Shown here: positions 38,506-48,465 of the stretch, piece after piece
Layout: the number at the start of each line of letters is the position of its first letter
Numbering within the stretch: position 1 is the first letter of the stretch
DNA from: Octopus vulgaris
Taxonomy: Eukaryota
Direction: 5' to 3'
NCBI GenBank assembly: GCA_951406725.2
Contig: OX597830.1
Span: 53,568,001 to 53,632,000, forward strand
Length of the DNA: 64,000 bases
Made by a program: the position numbers and the translations under genes
The notes under the pieces: model-generated
Told to the model about the DNA's origin: nothing
What the model saw: only the letters and a program-made list of their open reading frames with translations
Databases searched by the model: none

Positions 38506-38955
38506 AAGATGGCAAGCTGGCCGGACCGTTAGCATGCCAGTGAAACATTTAATAGCATTTCATCTGTCTCTACTATCTGAGTTCAAATTCTGCTGAGGTT
38601 GACTTTGCCTTCCATCTTTTTGGGATCAACAAAATAAGTAGCAGTTGAGCACTTGGGTTGATTTAACTGACTTATCCTCTACCCCAAACCTGCTGGTCTT
38701 GTGCCAAAATCTGAAACCAGTGTTTCTTAAACAGCTAAGGTGACAGGCTGGCAGAACCATTAGCATGCTGGACAAAATGTTTAGTGGCATTTTGTCCGTC
38801 TTTTACATTTTGAGTACAAATTCCACTGAGAATTACTTTGCCTTTCATCCTTTTGGGGTTGATAGATTAAGTACCAGTTGAACACTGGGGTCATTGTAAT
38901 CAATTACTCCACCCCTAAACATTGCTGGCCCTGTGCCAAAAGTCGAAACCAATAT
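38506..38955 (+). mobile_element. Two tandem SINE family B copies (tail type 2)
   Basis: Each unit is preceded by tttctyaaacagctaag, so tandem duplication is likely. Confidence 0.75.
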
Positions 38956-39054
38956 TCTCCAAACAGCAGTTGACTAGTAGTACATAAATTTTGGAATGAG
39001 TCTAGTCTTTCTTTGCAAGTGAGCAATGCCTGGCAACTTGTACCAGACTTTCTC

Positions 39055-39104
<50 letters not shown>

Positions 39105-39310
39105 CATTGTGTACAGTGCTCAGGTGCACTACAACTCATCTAAAGTGTATGTATAATACATAGGGTAATGTACAAGCGTCAGGGGAAGAACAGTGCATGA
39201 GTCATGACATGCACATGTATGAGTATGGAAGGGGGACAATCAGGTGTAGTTTCGGCGTATTTCGGAAAGCATGAGGGCCTTAAAGGATGCATTGTCATGG
39301 CAGTCAACAC
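39055..39310 (-). mobile_element. CR1-type LINE extreme 3' fragment
   Basis: Reverse complement of 34730-34850 with about 80 nt of extra UTR and a (TAA)n tract. Confidence 0.8.
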
Positions 39311-39634
39311 TGTTTAAAGTACCTAAGTAATCACAAACAAACGTTAACACCCTCTTGTCTCTCCTACCATTCACCTACCATTTAGGATGTGACCTCAACA
39401 GAAAGAGAGGCCTGCACCAACATTCAGCTGGTGCTTACTTACAGAGGAGTAGACTGGGATAACTTGAAATTAAGTGCTTTACTAAAGGAGACAACACTTG
39501 TCTAGATCAGGAATTGAACCCACGTCCTTATAACCACGAGGCCATCAACTGAACCACTAGGAATAGGTTGTGGGATACTCTAAGGTATAGTATGGTGTAT
39601 ACCAAAGCAATACATACAGTATGGTGTAGATTAA

Positions 39635-40300
39635 AACAAAATCAAAAGTATCCAGAATGTAGGAACTTAATCTTTTAGCTATTGGGAGCTGAAAACCATC
39701 CAGCCATTCTGAAATTTTAGCAGTGCAGCATTCATACCCACTGCAAATTGAGTGCAATAGAAGACATTTTTCAAATTTTTTATGTATTTTTGGAACACTG
39801 TAAAATACAGGTGTTCTTCTTTCTGAATGAATTAGCTTAGATACCATGTCATTTATGAAATTTTTTTCCTCCATTTCCAAAATTATTTTATCAAGTTCCT
39901 CTCTGTAATTAGGGTTTGGATCTACAAGTAATTCTTTTAAGTTTTGTCACTTAAAACTTCTTCACAAACTGAAATGTTCTTACCCTTAACTCTAATTACA
40001 ATAGCGCCTCCTTTATCCACCATTTTAATAACAATAGAATCAGTGTTTGCTAGGCAATGGAGTGCTGGGAATCCATAAAGTTATTCCAGCTCTTTTTCTT
40101 ACAGGTTTTAAGGCTTTCTCTAATTCCTGTCTGACAAGATTTGAGAAATTCCAACAGTGCTTGTGAATGTCTCTCCTGAGCTTTCTCTGGATACCAGTTT
40201 AGATTCTTTAACATCCAATTATGCCAGATCCGATTATCATCATCATCGTTTCTTTCAACAGACATGAGGTTTTCTTTCCTTCTCTGTAATTGGGGTTTGG
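39635..40300 (-). mobile_element. Penelope-like element RT N-terminal remnant
   Basis: IVIKMVDKGGAIVI and FYSVPKIHKK...TAKISEWLD...SSYILDTFDF match the PLE RT motifs (KPADKG, FY.LPKIHK, SYIKDT.DF). Frameshifted. Confidence 0.75.
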
Positions 40301-40485
40301 ATCCAAGACCAAAGACTGATGATGTTGTTTTACTTGGAAAGAAATGCAGTTATTCTGGTTTAATTTTGAATGTTTCAGCATTTCCTATCTTTGAATTTAA
40401 TTTCCTTTTATATTTTGAACTTGTAAAAGACACATTTGTTTCATTTTCATTTTAATAAACAGAGTCAATCTCTCTTTATAACCAA

Positions 40486-40880
40486 CTGGCAGTATCGCCC
40501 GACATTGCTCAGGTTTGTTTTGACCCTTTAGAATTGGAATTTTTAAAAAGTAAAAGTTTTGCATTATGTAGCTTGTTATTCTCTATAAGTGAACATTTTT
40601 CTGGTTGAAATACACCAAAAAATGGCGACACAGCAGTCAAAAAATCGTTAAAAAATAGTGATTTTCATGGAAAAAAAGCACCTTTTTTATGTAAATAATT
40701 TTTGGTGTTAACATGGTCTGATTTGAATTTTTTCTTCTACGGAATGAAGAGCAAGCCTTCTTCTATCATACTCTCAATTTTGGTCAACTTGCGCTGCAGG
40801 ATCTCGGAGGAGATAGTGTTAGTTGAAGGCTACCAAACCTGCCATACACAGACAACTTCAGCTTTATATATACATATAGA
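40486..40880 (-). mobile_element. Non-autonomous Helitron
   Basis: Minus strand starts TCTAT..TATATAAAGCTG and ends CCTGAGCAATGTCGGGCGATACTGCCAG (subterminal hairpin plus CTAG-like end), sitting between host A and T. Confidence 0.7.
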
Positions 40881-41281
40881 TAACAGTCGTGCTCTTCTTC
40901 TTAATAATAATAATAATAATAATAACAAAAATGATAAATTATTATTATTAATATTATTGTTGTTGTTATCATCATGTCTCAAATACTTTATGATAAAGGA
41001 AGATAAAAAGGACGGGGATGATCAGTGATGATGATAATGCTGACGCCATCGCCTCTTTCTAGAAACAGGTGTTTCTGTGTTTTATGTTTGTGGAATTTGT
41101 CTAAATCAGTTCTCAGAAAGAGTACCAGGGTGGCTTGTTAGTGGTGTTTATGTTAGAGGTTTGGCATCGTTTTAAAATTAGTCCATTCAACATCAGGGTA
41201 GACAGATGGCTTGGTGTATGGTTAGATAGATAAATAAGTACATTAAGAGATATACACATAGATATATAAAATAACATAGTC

Positions 41282-41365
<84 letters not shown>

Positions 41366-41572
41366 GTATACACATACACACACATGCATACATATAATCA
41401 TACATTTATACATAGGCAGATAAAGAATGAAAGTGGGATATATAGGATAGTAGAAATATTGACAGAATAATATATGTGTGTATGTGTGTGCATGTGTGTA
41501 TACATACATATATGCATACACTACCTCCACATATATACATATGTAGTCATATATCCATATATGCATGCATAT

Positions 41573-41627
<55 letters not shown>

Positions 41628-41632
<5 letters not shown>

Positions 41633-43155
41633 TCATCATCATCATCATCATCATTTAACGTCCGCTTTCCATGCTAGCATGGGTTGGATGGTTCAACTGG
41701 GGTCTGGGGAGCCCGAAAGCTGCACCAGTCCAGTCAGATCTGGCAGTGTTTCTACAGCTGGATGCCCTTCCTAACGCCAACCACTCCGAGAGTGTAGTGG
41801 GTGATTTTATGTGCCACCGACACAGGTGCCAGACGAGGCTGGCAAACGGCCACGCTCGGATGGTGTTTTTTATGTGCCACCGACACAGGTGCCAGACGAG
41901 GCTGGCAGACGGCCACGCTCGGATGGTGTTTTTATGTGCCACCGACTCAGGTGCCAGATGAGGCTGGCAAACGGCCACGATCGGATGGTGTTTGTTACGT
42001 GCCCACAGCACGGAGGCCAGTCGATGCGGTACTGGCTACGGCCACGTTCGGATGGTTTTCTTGTGTGCCACGTGCCACCGGCACTGGTACCACAAAGATA
42101 CAAATTCCATTGATGTTCATCTATTTTGATTTGTTTTGATTTTCACTTGCCTCAACAGGTCTTCACAAGTGTCACAAGAAGGAAGGTATGCACAGGTGGA
42201 CTGACTACGTCCCAGGTAGGGGCCACAGGTTATGGCCTGACTAGTCTTGCCGGATCTTCGGATGGTGTTTTTATGTGCCACCGACACAGGTGCCAGATGA
42301 GGCTGGCGAACGGCTACGATCGGATGGTGTTTGTTACGTGCCCACAGCACGGAGGCCAGTCGGTGCGGTACTGGCTACGGCCACGTTCGGATGGTTTTCT
42401 TGTGTGCCACCGGCACTGGTACCACAAAGATACAATTCCATTAATGTTCATCTATTTTGATTTGTTTTGATTTGATTTGATTTGATTTGTTTTGATTTCA
42501 TTTTGATTTTCACTTGCCTCAACAGGCCTTCACAAGTATCACAAGGAGGAAGGTATGCACAGGTGGACTGACTACGTCCCAGGTAGGGGCCATGGGATAT
42601 GGCCTGACTAGTCTTGCCGGGTCTTCGGATGGTGTTTTTATGTGCCACCGACACAGGTGCTAGATGAGGCTGGCGAACGGCCACGATCGGATGGTGTTTG
42701 TTATGTGCCCACAGCACGATGGCCAGTTGATGCGGTACTGACTACGGCCATGTTCGGATGGATTTCTTGTGTGCCACAGGCACTGGTACCACAAAGATAC
42801 AAATTCCATTGATGTTCATCTATTTTGATTTGATTTGATTTTCACTTGCCTCAACAGGTCTTCACAAGTGTCACAAGAAGGAAGGTATGCACAGGTGGAC
42901 TGACTAGTCTTGCCGGGTCTTCGGAAGGTGTTTTTATGTGCCACCGACACAGGTGCCAGATGAGGCTGGCGAACGGCCATGATCGGATGGTGTTTGTTAC
43001 GTGCCCACAGCACGGAGGCCGGTCGATGCGGAACTGGCTACGGCCACGTTCGGACGGTTCTCTTGTGTGCCACCGGCACTGGTACCACAAAGTGTGTGCC
43101 ACCGGCACTGGTACCTCAAAGATACAGATTCCATTGATGTTCATCTATTTTGATT
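41628..43155 (-). repeat. Tandemly amplified RTE 3'UTR (about four ~300-365-bp units plus ~60-bp subrepeats)
   Basis: Units start near 41920, 42259, 42626 and 42922. A single (CAT)n tail lies at the left end. Confidence 0.88.
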
Positions 43156-43159
43156 TATA

Positions 43160-43372
43160 CATAGTTAATCCAAACAAGAAAGCACAAAAAAGCACAACAA
43201 CACGAGGATGTGGAACAAATATAGTATTATTGGACACTCAGGAAAGAAGGAAAGAAGGAGGGTTTAACGTTTCGAGCAGAGCTCTTCGTCTGAAACATAG
43301 GAGAAGGAAAGATCCAGAGAAGGGAAGACAGAGGAAAAAAAAATCGCCAACGGTACACACGCGGTCACATTT
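43160..43372 (-). mobile_element. Penelope-like terminal repeat fragment
   Basis: Minus strand CAGACGAAGAGCTCTGCTCGAAACGTT, similar in layout to 32860-33060. Confidence 0.5.
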
Positions 43373-44122
43373 ATATATATATATATATATACACAACAAT
43401 ATTAAGGAATGGCCCTGATTGCCATTCGACCCACTAGAAAGAGCAGCCAAACTCAAACTGCTAAATAGTTGTAATTCTGAAACCAAAGGAGAAATAAAAA
43501 CATTTACTCTTATCATCTTTGGACTATGCATAGTTTCGACACTTTGGTAAACCAATTTAATTAAATTAAATTAAATTTGTTTACATCTAGCCTGTCTCGT
43601 CAGCAAAGAAGCCAAGGAAAATATATATCCACGAGGCGAAAGCAGCGACGCCTCGAGTCTATATACTCTAAATTTTCAAAATCCACCGTCACCGCGCCAT
43701 CTTCTCAGCAGCAAATATAAACTGCTGATATAATTTCAAAATTAGCCAAAAAATCATTAATTAATCAATATAAGGGTAGCAAAAAATTCAAGAAAAATTT
43801 TTCGCCACCAGCGGTCTAAAGTGAGAAAAAAAAATAGTCACCAACTATATATATATAATTTCAACAATATTAAGGAATGGCCCTGATAGGCCATTCGACC
43901 CACTAGAAAGAGCAGCCAAACTCAAACCGCTAAATAGTTGTAATTCTGGGAAGATCCAATGGGCCTGAGTACTGCATCAAGTTCCAATGGTTGTTTGTAT
44001 AGTTTCTATGGCTGACAAATAAATTGGTAGATAAGGCAATAAATAGACAGAGATGAATACAGTGTGTGTATGTATGTGTGTGTGTGTGTGTGTGTGTATT
44101 GTGTAAATATATATATATATAT

Positions 44123-44240
44123 ATCTTTATATATATAAAACTGAGAATGTGTGTCTGTCTGTCTGTCTGTGTGTTTCCCTAAAACTTGAGAACTACACAA
44201 CCAATTTCATTCAAATTTTACATATGCCTTACTTAGGGTC
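44123..44240 (+). mobile_element. Helitron-like 5' fragment
   Basis: TCTTTATATATATAAAACTG-(GTCT)n-...CCAATTTCATTCAAATTTTAC layout, similar to the 5' end of the 40486-40880 element. Confidence 0.5.
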
Positions 44241-44394
44241 CGATTGTTTCGACCAGTCTAGCATCAAGCCCCCACAGATGGGAATAGGTCTGTCCATCGG
44301 TGTAGGTGTGTTTCCTCAGGTGATTACAAGATGTATCCTGTTAGAATAACGTCCCGCAAGATTTCTTCTAGGTATTTGTATGTCTCTTCTGTTT

Positions 44395-45690
44395 TTTACT
44401 TATAAATCATCCACTGAGGAGGAAGCCGCTTTCCAACCAAGATACAAGGTTCCATCTTTGGGATGTAGTTAACACAAACAAATTCACATATGGAACTTGA
44501 GAAAAATCTTGCATATTTTTACTGCTCCACTCACAGATTGCACTTGTAATGTACGAATTAGCCAGTCTATTTCTCTTTCTGAAAATCCCAGTTTATCCAG
44601 ATTCTCCTTTCAGCATTTACTGACAAAATCTAGTTCTCTAAATATTATTGGTATGAATTCACAGTCTGGATACAGAAGCTGAAGGTTTTGGAGCAGTTGT
44701 TCATAGATAACCTCTTTTTCTTTGATTTCTAAATATTATTGGTATGAATTCACAGTCTGGATACAGAAGCTGAAGGTTTCGGAGCAGTTGTTCATAGATA
44801 ACCTCTTTTTCTTTGATTTATATCTGCAGAGTAGATGACCTCTATGATGGTACATACCTTTGCCCCACTGTCCCAAACAACAATATCCGGGGTGTTATGT
44901 TTACATTTGACAGAAGCTTTGATGAGAATATTCCTCCAGTATTCCTTACCAGGGATTTTCTAAGTATATTTCCGGACAGTCTTTTTTATGGATGGCATTG
45001 TAAATTGTTTTAGCAACAACATCGTGCCGCATAGGGAGGTAGTACCGTGACGACATTTTAGAACAGCTGCTAATCACATGCGTGATGTCTTCCACAGAAA
45101 CATGACATAGCCTACATATGCGGTTATACCTTGGGATTACAAGAGCGTCACTGTCTCTCTTGTTCACCAGGTACTTTGTAACAATCTCCCGTTCCTGGAT
45201 TGCAAACGCGTAATCTTCAAAGTGTGATGTGATATAGATATGTCCAAGATGGGTTACGCTTCGTGTCGATTCTATCGTCTTCTTCAAGCTCCCGGGCAAC
45301 ATATCCATGCATTGTCTTTTTTTGTTTTGTACTCTGAGTGCAGGTCTTCTCAGAGGTAAGAGATCACACTGGTTTGGGGGCTGTATATATTTCTTTATTA
45401 CCCACAAGGGGCTAAACATAGAGGGGACAAACAAGGACAGACAAAGGGACTAAATCAATTACATCGACCCCAGTGCATAACTGGTACTTAATTTATCGAC
45501 CCCGAAAGGATGAAAGGCAAAGTCGACCTCGGCGAAATTTGAACTCAGAACGTAATGACAGACATAATACCGCTAAGCATTTCGCCTGACGCGCTAACGT
45601 TTCTGCCAGCTCGCTGCCTTTGGGGCTGTATAGGAAGAGAGTGTTTCTTGAGGAGCTCACTGCCAACTCACACAATGTTGCTCACTTTAG
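44395..45690 (-). mobile_element. RLE-type (R4/Dong-like) non-LTR retrotransposon remnant interrupted by a SINE
   Basis: FAIQE, CCHC knuckle CRLCHVSVEDITHVISSC, RHD, KHNTPDIVVWD..IIEV and terminal GAVKICKIFLKF-stop. Contains an internal 91-bp duplication. Confidence 0.85.
45388..45618 (-). mobile_element. SINE family B (tail type 1) with target-site duplication
   Basis: Flanked by TTTGGGG(G)CTGTATA at 45373-45387 and 45619-45632. Confidence 0.9.
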
Positions 45691-46110
45691 GTCTGTCTGT
45701 CGATGTAGGTGTGTTTATGTATGTATGTATGTATGTATGTATGTATGTATGTATGTATGTATGTATGTATGTATGCATGCATGTATGTATGTATACTCAT
45801 ACATACATAATATATACATACATGCAAGATGTATTCTGTTGTGCAGCTCAGGTTTAAGCTTCATCGAACAGACATCTGTTTTGTCCTTTGTCACAATGTA
45901 TCTTAGACTAAATTATATTTAGCTGATGTTTCTGACAAGTCAAGTGATTGGTTAGGGTAAAGATGGACGAATATAATAATAAGCAAGAAAGACGAAGGGG
46001 AGCAAAAAAGGCAGATATGGAGGTGCATTGATGTATCTAGGTTTATATAAGTCAATGAAATATACAGTGAACTAAAGCAAAAATACAAAGACCCTGCAGG
46101 AAGGAAACAG

Positions 46111-46191
<81 letters not shown>

Positions 46192-46235
46192 CAGAAAGAC
46201 AGACACATAAACAGACATAAACAGACAGATGGATT

Positions 46236-46279
<44 letters not shown>

Positions 46280-46280
46280 T

Positions 46281-48465
46281 GTTTCTTTATTAGCCACACA
46301 AGGCTGCTCACAGACGGGACAGGTTACAAAGTAGAGCTTTTCTTTTGTGGGGAGAGAAAAAAAGGTGGGGTAGGTTTTCGATCAAAAGGGATCGTAAAAG
46401 GGAAAAGAAAAAATACGATCAATACGGATCGTGTATCACAGTGTCATGATGTAAAGTGTAAAGGGGGAAGCAGATAAAGTGTAATGGGGGAAGAAAACCC
46501 TACGGAAAAGACCACGGTAACCTCGGTCAATAATGTTATATGTTACCACATTTGTTTGCAAGTCATCATCATCATTGTTCGACCGTGGTCGAGACAATGG
46601 AATTTACCATGTTGCGCCAGACTTCACGGTCCATCATAGCATTACGGAGGTCCTGTTGCTGGATGCCTGTATCCCTGGAGATTACATCAGGGTAGGAGAG
46701 TGTGCGCCCTCTGGTGTTGCGAGTAGATGGCTTCCAGAGGAGAAGAGTAGAAATTACTTCTTTTTCAGCTCTACAACAATGTCCAGCAAACTGGACTCTC
46801 CTACCTTTCACAAGAGATGACACAGGTGGTAATTTCCCATATATTTGCATTTTAGTTGGATGGCACCTCCACGAGAGATTTTGAGCTCTCATAAGGAGGC
46901 GAGTGTAGGTTCCATCCAACCGCCTCTCAAGCTTCTTTGATAACGTCCAGGTTTCTGAGCCATATAGTAGGATTGGTTCGACTGTGGCTTTGAATATTTC
47001 AAGTTTGAAGTCTCTACTTAGATTTGATGACCAGATCTTATGCATGTCATTACAGGCTGACCAGGCCATACCCTTTCTAGTTAGAAAGTCTTTTCCAGAT
47101 GATGATATGTATGACCCAAGATATTTATAATCAGAAATCATATTTAAAGGTGCACTGTTGAGAGTGTGGATGATGCAATCACTGTTGGACAGGCACTTGT
47201 TTATGTATTCAGTTTTGGCCTCATTGAGGTAAAGACCTACACAATTTGAGGCTTGTTCAAGAGATTGTAAAAGAGACTGGGCATTGGAGAGAGAATCACT
47301 GATAAGAGCGATGTCGTCAGCAAAGTCAGTGTCTGTCAAGTATTCATCTGGATGTCTGGAACTTCTTCTTGGTTTTATTTCAAAGCCCTTGCCAGAGATG
47401 GTATCAACTGACATACGTAGCACATAATCAACAACAATGATGAAAAGAAATGGGGCGAGTGTGTCTCTCTGCAGTATTCCGGCCTCGATTGAGAAAGATG
47501 ATGTTTCTCCATCAGGGGTTAAGATGGTTGAAGACGTATCTGTGTAGAGGACCTTGATGGCAGAAATAATTTTGTCTGGTATCCCATAGAGCTTAAGGAT
47601 TTCAAACATCTTGTACCTATCTACAGAATCGAACGCTTTAGAAAAGTCTACAAATACCATTGCAAGATCGCGATTAAATGCTTTTGATTCTTCAATAAGT
47701 CTGCGCAGGCATAGTATCTGGCTCAGCGTTGAGCGCCCATGTCTGAATCCATTTTGGTTCTTTCGGAGCAAAGGTTCAACAAAAAGGACAAGATGATTTA
47801 GGATCAGTTTGTTGTACAGTTTTGCAGCAATTGACATTAGAGATATGTCCCTGTAGTTGGTGACGAGGGACAAATCGCCTTTTTGGGTATTGGAATGATT
47901 TGAGATTGGTGCCAAATCTTTGGAGCGACAAAGGTGGAAAGTGTGTGGTTGCAGAGGTTAAGCAAAAGTGTGTGAAATCTATCATCCTTCCAAATCACAG
48001 CCGGAATGTTGTCGGGACCAAATGCTTTCGAGGCTTTTAGTTGCTTGGTGGCTGCTGTTAGTTCAAATATGGTAAAAGGGGAGGTGTTGATGTCCAGTGT
48101 GTCTGATATAGGCACACTTGGGAGAGTGGGGTTATCAGGGATTTTGGCATTCTTCCCAAGTAGGTAACCCTCTGTTTTCAATTTTCCGGGTTCATAGGAT
48201 TATGCTCAAGGTGGCTTCGTCATTCATACGTGCCATCCTTACTACATTCACCCATCTTTTTTGAAACATTCGCTAGACAAAACTTGCCTCTCTATTCTCA
48301 CTATCCTTTTCAAGTGATACTTGAAAAAGTTGATGAGAGATTGACCAGAGAGGAAAGTGTTTGTCTCCAATCCTTTCAGACGCGTCTACCAGATACATTC
48401 TTTCGCCATAGCCACAAGGTTGATGAAAAGAGCTCTTCCTTCCTGTTTTTTCAGAAATTAAAAAA
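46281..48465 (-). mobile_element. Tx1/L1-clade LINE 3' end (ORF2 C-terminus ~48200-48465, 3'UTR 46281-46561 and 48167-48200), split by an RTE insertion
   Basis: Minus strand reads ALFINLVAMAKECIW*TRLKG...INFFKYHLKRIVRIERQVLSSECFKK/RWVNV..IIL-stop (Tx1-type AK..IW..R...E....F...W). The pyrimidine-rich UTR ends AATAAAGAAAC-(ATCT)n. Clade assignment is by recalled motif. Confidence 0.65.
46562..48166 (-). mobile_element. RTE-clade LINE, 5'-truncated, near-intact RT with one frameshift near 47880
   Basis: KAFGPDNIP, NYRDISLMSIAAK, VFVDFSKAFDSV, DFADDIAL, YKYLG and LLYGSETW motifs. The stop is directly followed by a (TGA)n tail. Confidence 0.93.
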
